Shown: positions 18,013-27,271 of the stretch, one piece after another
Layout: every line of letters begins with the position of its first letter
Position numbering within the stretch: position 1 is the stretch's first letter
Assembly: GCA_964609495.1 (NCBI GenBank)
Contig: CAZSTA010000014.1
Span: 1 to 34,647 of the forward strand
DNA length: 34,647 nt
Direction: 5' to 3'
Origin: an uncultured bacterium
GTDB taxonomy: Bacteria; CAZSTA01
The notes under the pieces: model-generated
What the model was told of the DNA's origin: nothing
Seen by the model: only the letters and a program-made list of their open reading frames with translations
The model's database searches: none
Position numbers and translations under genes: made by a program

Positions 18013-18134
18013 TCTCTATATCTTGATATATAGCGCTTCTCAAAAATGATATTTCCGATTTGCTTTTCAGGAAGCGCCTTTTTTCTTTTTGGAGCTATAA
18101 TAGACGCGTATCTAATCAAAGAGGAGGTGCCTTG

Positions 18135-19187
18135 GTGGAGGTAAAAGAGCTGGTGAGGAAGCTATCGGAGGCGGTAGGAGTATCGGGGTATGAAGCACGA
18201 GTAGCTAAGATAATCAAGGAAGAGATAGACCAATATGCTACCGAGGTGAAGATAAATAGGATGGGCAGTGTTATCGCCTTCAAAGAAGGCGATAAGGAGA
18301 AGGGAGAGGTTAAAGTGATATTAACTGCCCATATGGACGAGGTCGGGATGATCGCCACTAAGATCGAGGAGAAGGGGTTCTTACGCCTCACAACCATAGG
18401 CCTCGATACTCGGATACTCCCCGGACAGGAGGTGATCGTTCACGGGAAGGAGGACCTGAGAGGGATAATAGGAGCTAAACCCCCGCACCTTCAGATTGAA
18501 GAGGAGAGAAAGAAAGCGGTAAAGCTAGAGGATATGTTTATCGATCTGGGATTAAGCCAGGATAAGGTAAAAGAGCTAGTCAGGGTAGGTGATCCCATCT
18601 CGTTCGCTAAGCCCTTCCTTTCTCTGCGCAACGGTTTCGTATCGGGCAAATCTTTGGATGATAGAGCGGGAGTAGCCGCTCTGATCGAAACTTTCAGATT
18701 GCTGACGGATATTAAGCATAGTTGCGATCTATACGGGGTGTTCACAGTTCAGGAGGAGAGCACCGGGTTAGGAGCGATGACGAGCGCTTACGAGATATAT
18801 CCAGATTTAGCGATAGCGGTAGATGTCACCTTTGGAGCTATGCCAGGAGTGCCTTCTAAATATACCTTTGACTTGGGGAAAGGCTTAGTCTTCGCGATAG
18901 GTCCCAATGTCCATCCTAAGCTCTACGAGCTATTAACAACTGTCGCTGATGAGGAGGAGCTATCTTATAGCATCGAACCTAATCCTCGCTCTACGGGAAC
19001 GGATGCGATGCCCATCCAAGTAGCCAGAGCTGGCATCCCCACCGCGGTTGTCTCGATTCCTCTCCGTTATATGCATACAGCGGTGGAGACCGCATCATTA
19101 TCCGATATAACTAGAACTGGTAAATTCTTAGCTAGAGTAGTAGGGAGAATCGATGAGGGGATAAAGGAGGGATTGAGATGTTTCTAA
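18135..19187 (+). CDS. M42 family metallo-aminopeptidase 1
   Basis: GVSGYE, AHMDE, LDDRAG, VQEE, AVDVT, GTDA, RYMHT; GTG 18135 follows a GAGGAGGT RBS. Confidence 0.93.
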   Translation: MEVKELVRKLSEAVGVSGYEARVAKIIKEEIDQYATEVKINRMGSVIAFKEGDKEKGEVKVILTAHMDEVGMIATKIEEKGFLRLTTIGLDTRILPGQEVIVHGKEDLRGIIGAKPPHLQIEEERKKAVKLEDMFIDLGLSQDKVKELVRVGDPISFAKPFLSLRNGFVSGKSLDDRAGVAALIETFRLLTDIKHSCDLYGVFTVQEESTGLGAMTSAYEIYPDLAIAVDVTFGAMPGVPSKYTFDLGKGLVFAIGPNVHPKLYELLTTVADEEELSYSIEPNPRSTGTDAMPIQVARAGIPTAVVSIPLRYMHTAVETASLSDITRTGKFLARVVGRIDEGIKEGLRCF

Positions 19188-20203
19188 GGAAGTTATCGGA
19201 AGCCTCCGGCGTCTCAGGTTCTGAGAATGAAGTGCGAGATCTTATACGCGAGGAGATCGGAGATAAGGTCGATGATATTCGGACCGATACCATTGGCAAT
19301 ATGGTGGCTACTAAGAAGGGCAGGAAGGAACGACCCACGGTGATGATCGCCGCTCATATGGATGAGGTCGGGTTGATGATATCCCATATAGAGAAGGATG
19401 GGATGTTATATTTTGAGAAGGTAGGAGGGATAGATGATAGGCTTTTAATATCCAAGACAGTTCTCATCGGTAAGGATAAGAAACCGGGGGTGATCGGGTC
19501 TAAGCCGATTCATCTTATGGAGGAAGAGGAGAGAGAGAAAGTTATAAGATACGATAACCTCTACATCGATATTGGAGCTAAGAATAAGGAGGAAGCGGAG
19601 GGAGCAGTTAAAATTGGAGAGGTTGCGGTCTTCGCCACAGAGTTCGATAAGATAGGAGATCTATATAAGGGAAAAGCTTTTGATGATAGAGTCGGATGTG
19701 CTATCTTAACCGATGTTCTCAAGGAAGACCTTCCTCTCACCGTAAAGGGAGCTTTCACCGTTCAGGAGGAGGTAGGGCTAAGGGGAGCAACCGTTGTCGC
19801 TTATGATCTGGATCCAGATATAGCTTTAGTTCTGGAAGGCACTTCAGCAGGAGATACACCCGATAACAAGGAATATAACATATCCAGTGCTATAGGAAGG
19901 GGCCCGGTAATCACTATCATTGACCCATCTATCGTATGTGATAAGAGGCTCGTGGATCTCTTGATCAAAACGGCTGAGGAGAACGATATTCCTTATCAGT
20001 TCAAGAGTCGAGTATCAGGAGGGACTGATGCGGGCAGGATTCATCTCACCAAAGAAGGAATACCTTCCGCAGTGGTCGCCGCTCCTTGTCGATATATTCA
20101 TTCTCCAGCCGCTTTGATGAGCGAGGAGGATTTCAATAACCTTAAACGTTTGGTTCGCTGTTTCTTAACTAAAGTAGCTGAGGAATGGAGGACGGAGAGT
20201 TGA
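19178..20203 (+). CDS. M42 family metallo-aminopeptidase 2
   Basis: AHMDE, FDDRVG, QEEVGLRGA, VLEGT, GTDAG, RYIHS. Confidence 0.94.
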   Translation: MFLRKLSEASGVSGSENEVRDLIREEIGDKVDDIRTDTIGNMVATKKGRKERPTVMIAAHMDEVGLMISHIEKDGMLYFEKVGGIDDRLLISKTVLIGKDKKPGVIGSKPIHLMEEEEREKVIRYDNLYIDIGAKNKEEAEGAVKIGEVAVFATEFDKIGDLYKGKAFDDRVGCAILTDVLKEDLPLTVKGAFTVQEEVGLRGATVVAYDLDPDIALVLEGTSAGDTPDNKEYNISSAIGRGPVITIIDPSIVCDKRLVDLLIKTAEENDIPYQFKSRVSGGTDAGRIHLTKEGIPSAVVAAPCRYIHSPAALMSEEDFNNLKRLVRCFLTKVAEEWRTES

Positions 20204-20262
20204 GAAATAATATTTCCCCGATTTTGACTTTCTATCTTCTACTCAAGAAGGAGGATTATTAA

Positions 20263-21258
20263 GTGAAAGAGCTGATAAAGAGATTAGTGGAAACATACGG
20301 ACCTCCCGGAAGTGAGGATAAGATCCGTGAGGTTATAAAGAGTGAGATCGAGGGAGTAGTCGATGAGATAAAGACCGATGTATTAGGGAATCTCATCGCG
20401 ATAAAGAAGGGCAAAGGCGCCAAGGTTATGGTAGCAGCTCATATGGATGAAATCGCAATTATGGTGACTCATATAGATGATAATGGTTTCTTGCGCTTCG
20501 ATAGGATCGGAGGGGTGTCTCACTTCATACTTCTGGGGCAGAGAGCGATCTTTGCCGACGGAGTTGTCGGAACTTTTGGGACCGAGAAGTTAGAATCCTT
20601 CAAGGATATCAAGATGGAAAAGCTCTTCCTCGACATTGGAGCTAAGGATAAGGAGAGCGCCAGCAGACTAGTGGAGATCGGAGATACAGCCGTTTATGAT
20701 AGGAAGTTTGAGGATTTAGGTTATAGACTCCTCTCCAAAGCGATGGACGATCGTATCGGTTGTGCGGTAGCGATCGAAACCGCGAGGAGATTGGAAGGGA
20801 CTGATAACGAGATATACTTCGTATTCACTGTCCAGGAGGAGGTGGGAATAAGGGGGGCTATAACCGCTTCTTATGGGATCCACCCTGATCTTGGTATAGC
20901 GGTGGATGTTACCCGCACCGGGGATACTCCTGAATCTGCGATTATGGAGGTGTATCTGGGGAAAGGTCCTACGATTAAAGTTAAGGATTCGGGGATCATA
21001 ACTCCTCTCACGGTGAGACGGATGATGATCGAAGTGGCTGAGTCCAATAACATTCCCTATCAACTAGAGGTATTGGAGAGAGGAGCAACAGATGCGGCAG
21101 CTATTCAGAGAGCCAGGGAAGGTGTTCTCTCAGGGGTGATCTCGATCCCCTGTCGCTACGTTCATACCCCTTCGGAGATGGTGGATTATAATGATGTTCA
21201 AAACGGGGTGAACTTGTTAGTGAAGATTTTAGAGAAGCCTGTCTCCTCTCAAATTTAA
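20263..21258 (+). CDS. M42 family metallo-aminopeptidase 3
   Basis: AHMDE, MDDRIG, QEEVGIRGA, AVDVT, ATDA, RYVHT. Confidence 0.94.
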   Translation: MKELIKRLVETYGPPGSEDKIREVIKSEIEGVVDEIKTDVLGNLIAIKKGKGAKVMVAAHMDEIAIMVTHIDDNGFLRFDRIGGVSHFILLGQRAIFADGVVGTFGTEKLESFKDIKMEKLFLDIGAKDKESASRLVEIGDTAVYDRKFEDLGYRLLSKAMDDRIGCAVAIETARRLEGTDNEIYFVFTVQEEVGIRGAITASYGIHPDLGIAVDVTRTGDTPESAIMEVYLGKGPTIKVKDSGIITPLTVRRMMIEVAESNNIPYQLEVLERGATDAAAIQRAREGVLSGVISIPCRYVHTPSEMVDYNDVQNGVNLLVKILEKPVSSQI

Positions 21259-21379
21259 GTAGCTTTTTCAAGATAAATCAAAAACGATAGGGTTGGGTGA
21301 AGTGCCCAAAGGAGCAAAACAATGAATCCTTCAAATGTGCTTGAGTCTGACAAGGGAGGTACCTGTGACGAAGAGTGAG

Positions 21380-21761
21380 TCACTCGCCTGGTTCAAGATG
21401 GATCACAGATAGAAGGTGGCGTCTTCCATGCAAGGTCACCAGCCAGTTCGACAGTAGATCCATCCCGATGAGCANNNNNNNNNNATCCACACTGGACGTA
21501 GTAAATCTGTCCGTCTATTTCCACACCAATCAGGAATTTACCTGTTTCGGTATCGTAGTCTACATCAGACGAAAGTATTTCGACATCGCGGGGATATATC
21601 CACGTACTCTCTGCACCAGTGTCTATCAAAGCTTTCTTCCCAACTATCTTCCTCTTCGAGGCTGGCATATGAAGTGTGATGGTTAGACCAGGAGCAAGGC
21701 CGGTCTCCTGCGCTGGTGAGAACCTCTCATACGGCTTATCTTTTACAAGAATTTTTGCCAT
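21380..21761 (-). CDS. Retropepsin-like (clan AA) aspartyl protease spanning an assembly gap
   Basis: ALIDTGAESTWI catalytic motif; after the N gap a different frame reads LIGMDLLSNWLVTLHGRRHLLSVIHLEPGE*, supplying the second retropepsin motif; stop at 21380-21382. Confidence 0.8.
21475..21484. other. Assembly gap (10 N)
   Basis: Run of ten N. Confidence 1.
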
Positions 21762-21772
21762 TGTGGGGTCTC

Positions 21773-22543
21773 CTATCTTTCAGCTCGAGCTGGCATGAGC
21801 CTTGGGCTTGGGCCACGCTGAAACGCCGGTCGTTCAACTATCTCATGAAACTCACAAGGTTTGCGTGGACTTCCCAACTTTTTGTCTAATGCGGCAACAA
21901 GTCGATCGAGAGAAGGCTCAAGTGCAACGCGCTTTCCCTCCTGATACGCAATAAACCAGCCGGGATGTGTTTTAAGCAGTTCCTCCTTCTCCTCGCTCCA
22001 AATGTCTTTCACAATCTGATCCACCTCCCTATTCTTCTTGTGAATCAACTTCTCCACTCCATCCATAGAAATAACCCTTGCCATCACCACAGCAAGTTCG
22101 CCATCTGCCTTTGTATAATGAATCTGAAAGGGAGGCCGTCCAACGAGTTTCTTTCTGTTGCAGACTACCAACAATGCTTCTCGCTTTGGGTATCCTATTG
22201 CTACAGCAATCACTGACTCGATGCCAAGTTTTTCAAGTGGTTCCGGAATCCTATCCTCAAGTTTTGTATCAAGTACCATTGACTCTTCTAATAGAGTCTT
22301 TTTGATAATATCCGCCTCGTTGGATACTGAAAGGTCAGTGGGAAACTCTTTCTCCGAGTAAATCCATCCCTCAAGAATTGTCCAGATCCCGGGCGTTTCC
22401 TTAGAAGGAGTAAGCACAAATGCTGTTTCTGACTCAAGCTTCTCGGTGATCTCCTTCAACAGAAGAGGGACCCGGTCTAGGTCTTCTTCCACCCCTCCAT
22501 GAATAATTCGACTCCAGTTCGGCATAACCAGTTTGTCTATCAT
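21773..22543 (-). CDS. GAF-like domain fused to a C-terminal DUF5678-like domain
   Basis: LEKLGIESVIAVAI..LLVVCNR..YTKADGELAVVMARVI resembles the GAF C-terminal half; EKEELLKTHPGWFIAYQEGKRVA..SLDRL resembles DUF5678; GAGGAGGT RBS. Confidence 0.7.
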   Translation of the reverse strand: MIDKLVMPNWSRIIHGGVEEDLDRVPLLLKEITEKLESETAFVLTPSKETPGIWTILEGWIYSEKEFPTDLSVSNEADIIKKTLLEESMVLDTKLEDRIPEPLEKLGIESVIAVAIGYPKREALLVVCNRKKLVGRPPFQIHYTKADGELAVVMARVISMDGVEKLIHKKNREVDQIVKDIWSEEKEELLKTHPGWFIAYQEGKRVALEPSLDRLVAALDKKLGSPRKPCEFHEIVERPAFQRGPSPRLMPARAER

Positions 22544-22715
22544 AATAGACTACCTCCTCTTGTATGGTAATGAATTAATTGAAGGTGAGGCATAATTCGA
22601 CAGAGAATCTTTCTATAACCATCTTGTTGAACTATAGCCTTATCAGCTTGTCTGATTCAAGTTTGCTCTACGACAGCGATTGGAAATATTTATGCCCCTC
22701 TCTTGATAATATTAA

Positions 22716-22793
22716 TTCCCCTCCCTCGATGGGAGAGGTTAGGGGAAGAGTGATTTAAGCAATTCTTCCTGAAACTTTTCTGAAACTACCTAA
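22716..22793. repeat. REP-like palindrome plus MITE right end
   Basis: CCCCTCCCTCGATGGGAGAGGTTAGGGGAAGAGTGATTT, then ACTTTTCTGAAACTAC (22774-22789, 15/16 to the TIR at 30200) and CTAA; same order as 30311-30367. Confidence 0.65.
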
Positions 22794-24517
22794 GCAGATT
22801 TTTCAAGATAAACTCTACCCGCATCTCCATCTACGGTGATAATGTCCCCAGTCTTTATCACCTTAGTGCCTCTCTTTACATTCACTACCGAAGGAATACC
22901 ATACTCTCTAGCTACCACTGAACTATGGGAAAGAGGTCCTCCTATATCGGATACTATCGCGCTGGCAATAGCGAAAAGGGGAGTCCATCCTGCATCTGTG
23001 AAGGGGGTGATCAATATCTCTCCCTCTTTAAGCTGAGATGATTCTCTAGCGCTGAAAAGAACCCTGGCTTTACCCGTTACCTTACCAAAACTACTCCCCA
23101 ACCCCTCTAAGATATTGCCCCTAAACTCCTCCTCCTTCCTCCTATCTTTAGGATTGTAATCTCCTATTACTACATCTGGAGGAGGAGAAAGCCTCAAATT
23201 ATACTCATACTCCTTTTTCCTTTCCTCAATCTTGGAGACAAGGAAGCTCTCCTTAAAATTATCTTCTAATAACTCTATTATCTCATCATAGAAGAGAAGG
23301 AAAATATCGTCGCTATCAGCGATCATCCCCTTTTCATACAGTCTTCTTCCCATCTCCAATATTATCCTTCTTATCAATCCGAAACACATAACTACATAAA
23401 ATTTAGTATATTCTCGTAAGTATGTATATTGTTGGGCTTCTTTTAATATCTTGTCGAAAATGATCCTTTTAATCACTGGCAACTTTCCTCTCAATATCCC
23501 GGTTATTCTTATCCTCTCCTCCTTCTGCTTCCTTTCGTATCTAAGAGGATCAGCCCCGAGGGGATCGGATTCTCCCCCAGAAAGAATATAACTTCTTAAC
23601 ATACGGAGGATGAAACCGGGGTCCTCTCTCCAGCGAGGTCTCATAAATTCCATCTCTCCTATAGCTCTATGTCCATATTCATCTAGAAATCTCCTCAGTT
23701 TCTCTAGAAATCTCCTTCCTTCCTCAAAGGTTTCAAGATCTCTCATCGCCTCTGGTTCATCCTTCTCGAGTATGATATCTATAATCTTATACGATCTCAT
23801 CGCCTCTAAGGATAATTTCCAGATCTCGATAGCTGGTTGGGCGCTTTTTAACCCCAATAATCCAGTTATTAACTTATTGTGGAGTGTTCCCTCTTCGTCA
23901 TTAAACCAACGCTTAGTTATAGTACTTAATAAGCCGTAAGTTATAGCGGAGTTAGCAGTGCAAGAGATCATCAATTTTCCCGCTTCGATAGCCCATTCGA
24001 TAACTCTGTAGAATGTATTGAGCAAACCTTCGGAAGATTGCTTACTCAGATCTACGCTATTAAATTCCTCTACCCTCCTCTTCATATGAGTCCCAAGTCC
24101 TTTAGAATCTTCAGGGAGAGTTATCAGGAGGCGAAGAAGTTTAGGTATAACTATAGGAAGCTTGAGAACAAAGCAGAGACGAGGAATGTTAATAGCTGAT
24201 ATATATTCATCTCTACAATCTGGCCCTCCCCCGATCTTACTCATAATCTGAGGAGTCAAGCCAGGGATCTGGTTCATAGTGGTGGCTATTAAGCTAAAGT
24301 TTATATATATTCTGCCACAAATGTTGCCAAAGAGCGGCCCCTCAGGAAGCTTCAATCCTGTTATTTTAATCCCTTCCTTAATAGCTGTATAGGTGAGAGG
24401 ACCGGAGACTATAGACCAGGTCAGAGGAGTCATAACTCCGGGCATCCCCTCTCCCACGTTAGAATTCGTCCAGATAGTTTTAGTGTTTTCTGAACTATCC
24501 TTTTTTCCTCTCTCCAT
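22790..24517 (-). CDS. Rifampicin-phosphotransferase-like protein lacking the ATP-grasp domain (substrate domain plus phospho-His domain)
   Basis: Starts at WTNSNVGEGMPGVMTP; YGHRAIGEME..PRWREDP; TDAGWTPLF..GGPLSHSSVVAREYGIP. Confidence 0.85.
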   Translation of the reverse strand: MERGKKDSSENTKTIWTNSNVGEGMPGVMTPLTWSIVSGPLTYTAIKEGIKITGLKLPEGPLFGNICGRIYINFSLIATTMNQIPGLTPQIMSKIGGGPDCRDEYISAINIPRLCFVLKLPIVIPKLLRLLITLPEDSKGLGTHMKRRVEEFNSVDLSKQSSEGLLNTFYRVIEWAIEAGKLMISCTANSAITYGLLSTITKRWFNDEEGTLHNKLITGLLGLKSAQPAIEIWKLSLEAMRSYKIIDIILEKDEPEAMRDLETFEEGRRFLEKLRRFLDEYGHRAIGEMEFMRPRWREDPGFILRMLRSYILSGGESDPLGADPLRYERKQKEERIRITGILRGKLPVIKRIIFDKILKEAQQYTYLREYTKFYVVMCFGLIRRIILEMGRRLYEKGMIADSDDIFLLFYDEIIELLEDNFKESFLVSKIEERKKEYEYNLRLSPPPDVVIGDYNPKDRRKEEEFRGNILEGLGSSFGKVTGKARVLFSARESSQLKEGEILITPFTDAGWTPLFAIASAIVSDIGGPLSHSSVVAREYGIPSVVNVKRGTKVIKTGDIITVDGDAGRVYLEKSA

Positions 24518-24543
24518 ATCCCACCACTCCTCAACTTCTCTGA

Positions 24544-27264
24544 TTAAATCCTTTCGATATATACTCGCCCCCTATCTCCATCTACGGTGATAATATCCCC
24601 AGTCTTTATCACCTTAGTGCCTCTCTTTACATTTACAACCGCAGGGATACCATACTCTCTAGCCACCACGGAACTATGGGAAAGAGGTCCTCCTATATCG
24701 GATACTATCGCTTTAGCAATAGCGAAAAGAGGGGTCCATCCTGCGTCTGTCGCAGGAGTGATCAATATCTCCCCCTCCCTAAGCTCTGAAGCTTTGATAG
24801 GATCCAGAATAACTCTAGCTCTACCGGTAGCTTTGCCGAAGCTACTTCCCAATCCCTCCAAGATTCCTTCCTCTTCCTCTACTTCGATCTCGCTCGAAGT
24901 GGGATCATACTTGCCTATGATGACATCAGGAGGGGGAGGAAGATTTAGATTATATTCATACTCTTTCCTTCTCTCCTCTATCTCGGCTATAATCCCATCC
25001 ATCTGAAGATCATTTTTCAATAGCTCTATAATCTCCTCATAGCTTAAGAAGAATATATCCTCAACCCTATCTATCACCTCCTTTTGAACTAATCTCCTCC
25101 CTATCTCCAATACCATCGATCTTACTGGCTCTATACATAAGACCAGGTAGAATCTGGTATATTCTCGCAAGCGGGCATATCTTTGCGTTTCTCTCAAGAT
25201 GATATCGAATATCTTTCTTTTTATCCAAGGGAGTTTTTTCCTCAGTTTTCTAGTTGTTTTTATCCTCTCTTCTCTTTGTCTCCTCTCAAAATTTAAGGGA
25301 TCGGCCTCTTCCTTAGAGTATAGGTAATTTCTCAAGATAGCGAAGATGAAGCCAGGATCCTCTCGCCACCGAGGGTTCATTAATTCCATCTCGGCAATAG
25401 CCCTATGTCCATATTCGTTCAAAAAACCTCTACACTTCTTAAGAAATTTAATTCCCTCCTCCGACTTCTCAAGGGAGGGAATTATATCTTTATCATTTCC
25501 ACTGAGGATAATATCCATAACTTTATAGGATCTCATCGCCTCTCTGGATAACTTCCAAAGCTCTATAGCTGGTTGGGCGCTCTTTAAGTCGGAGAGACCA
25601 GTTATTAATTTATTATGAAGAGTTCCCTCCTCATTATGTCCCCATCTCTCCGTTATAACACTCAATATCCCATAGAAAATAACGGAATTTGAGGCGCAAG
25701 AGAGCATTACCCTCCCAATATCGGTAATTATCTGCATGAGCCGATCCATCATATCTAAAAGAGCAATAGGCGGTAACTGACTAAGATCTAGTTTGAACTT
25801 TCGAAGCTCTTCTTTTAGGCAAGGGGCGATCATCTGAGCTTTATTAGGCAAGTTTATCGCCATATAGATCAATCTGGGAATGGTCAGAGGCAGTCTGCAG
25901 AGGAATCCTAGCCTAGAGGATATCTTAACAGGAAAATCTATATCTTTAGGAACTGGTCCTCCACCTATCTTGAGCATAACTTCGGGAGATAGGCCTGGTA
26001 TTTGACTAAAAACGGACATCACTGCAGTCAGATTTATATATAATCTCCCGTTAATGTTACTGACCAGGGGATCATCCGGCTTTTTTATCCCCATTACCTC
26101 GAATCCACGTTTCATATTGGATTCGAAGAGCTTTACGGAAATAAATGACCAACTGAAGGGTGTCATCACTCCAGGCAATGCTTCTCCTACATTGGAGTTA
26201 GTCCAGATGGTCCTATCCTCTTCTGCTCCAGAGGTGGATTCTATCTTCTCCTCTTTCTCCTCTATCTTTAATTCATCGTCGGTATCTCTCTCTTCAGCGA
26301 CCTTCAGAGTAGTTATCGGCCTTGCTTGTAAGATATAGAACTCGCCATCGTAATATCCCCATTCTATATCCAAAGGAGTACCATAGTATTCCTCCACCTC
26401 TGTTGCCAATTGAGCTAACCATAGTATCTCTATATTCGCCAGAGCCTGCTTCTTCCTTTTATTTCGAGGAACTCCAACGTTTAAGATATCCCCTCTGCTC
26501 ACTCCTACAGTCATTACTTCCTTGGAGTTCACGAGTTTACTCTTGATCCTCATCCTCTTCTTATCGAGGATGTAATTATCTGGAGTGACCTTTCCTGAGA
26601 CTATCGCCTCTCCCAATCCCCAACTAGCATCGATCACTATCTCATCTAATCTGTTATTGAGCGGATTAGCGGTAAAGATCACCCCTGAAACTTCGGAAGG
26701 TATCATCTGTTGAACTACGACCGCAGATAGCATTTTCAGATGATCGAGGTTGTGTTTGTATCTATAAGCTATAGCTCTCTCCGTCCAAAGGGAAGCCCAA
26801 CATCTCTTAACGCTTAGGAGCAATTCCTCTTCTCCCCAGACGTTAAGGAAGGTATCATATTGACCAGCGAAGGAGGCTTGAGAAAGATCCTCAACTGAAG
26901 AGGAAGAACGAACTACAACCAGGACCTTATCTTCAGTGTTCGTCTCAAGTTCTCGATAAGCTGAGCGGATCGCTTCTTTTATCTCCAAGGGGAGACTATT
27001 GCTTACTATCAGCTCCCTTATTCTTTCCGCCTTATCCCTTAAATTATCAACCTCTTCAAAGTCGCATTCTTTAAGGATGAACTCTAACCCGAGGGAGATT
27101 TTGACACTCTGAATGAAGTGTTGATAAGCCAGAACGGTTATACAAAAACCGGGAGGAATCGGGAAGTTGGCTTTTGTCATCTCGCCCAAATTAGCTCCTT
27201 TGCTCCCGACTAAATTAATATCCCCTCTATCTACTTCTTGCAATTTTAGAACATATTTCCGCAT
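24544..27264 (-). CDS. PEP-synthase-family small-molecule dikinase (rifampicin-phosphotransferase-like architecture)
   Basis: VGSKGANLGEM, VRSS..EDL..ASFAGQYDTFLNV, WGLGEAIVSG, DIEW..ILQARPIT ATP-grasp motifs; central helical domain; C-terminal SHSSVVARE His domain; start moved to ATG 27264. Confidence 0.9.
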   Translation of the reverse strand: MRKYVLKLQEVDRGDINLVGSKGANLGEMTKANFPIPPGFCITVLAYQHFIQSVKISLGLEFILKECDFEEVDNLRDKAERIRELIVSNSLPLEIKEAIRSAYRELETNTEDKVLVVVRSSSSVEDLSQASFAGQYDTFLNVWGEEELLLSVKRCWASLWTERAIAYRYKHNLDHLKMLSAVVVQQMIPSEVSGVIFTANPLNNRLDEIVIDASWGLGEAIVSGKVTPDNYILDKKRMRIKSKLVNSKEVMTVGVSRGDILNVGVPRNKRKKQALANIEILWLAQLATEVEEYYGTPLDIEWGYYDGEFYILQARPITTLKVAEERDTDDELKIEEKEEKIESTSGAEEDRTIWTNSNVGEALPGVMTPFSWSFISVKLFESNMKRGFEVMGIKKPDDPLVSNINGRLYINLTAVMSVFSQIPGLSPEVMLKIGGGPVPKDIDFPVKISSRLGFLCRLPLTIPRLIYMAINLPNKAQMIAPCLKEELRKFKLDLSQLPPIALLDMMDRLMQIITDIGRVMLSCASNSVIFYGILSVITERWGHNEEGTLHNKLITGLSDLKSAQPAIELWKLSREAMRSYKVMDIILSGNDKDIIPSLEKSEEGIKFLKKCRGFLNEYGHRAIAEMELMNPRWREDPGFIFAILRNYLYSKEEADPLNFERRQREERIKTTRKLRKKLPWIKRKIFDIILRETQRYARLREYTRFYLVLCIEPVRSMVLEIGRRLVQKEVIDRVEDIFFLSYEEIIELLKNDLQMDGIIAEIEERRKEYEYNLNLPPPPDVIIGKYDPTSSEIEVEEEEGILEGLGSSFGKATGRARVILDPIKASELREGEILITPATDAGWTPLFAIAKAIVSDIGGPLSHSSVVAREYGIPAVVNVKRGTKVIKTGDIITVDGDRGRVYIERI

Positions 27265-27271
27265 AATTGCC

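Noticed and set aside
21375-22361. Plus-strand ORFs opposite the protease cassette, and the other short antisense ORFs in the track
   Set aside because: Shadow frames of well-supported genes with no motifs.
24544-27264. Call as ppsA or as a true rifampicin-resistance gene
   Set aside because: There is no C-terminal pyruvate-binding barrel, and the substrate cannot be assigned from motifs.
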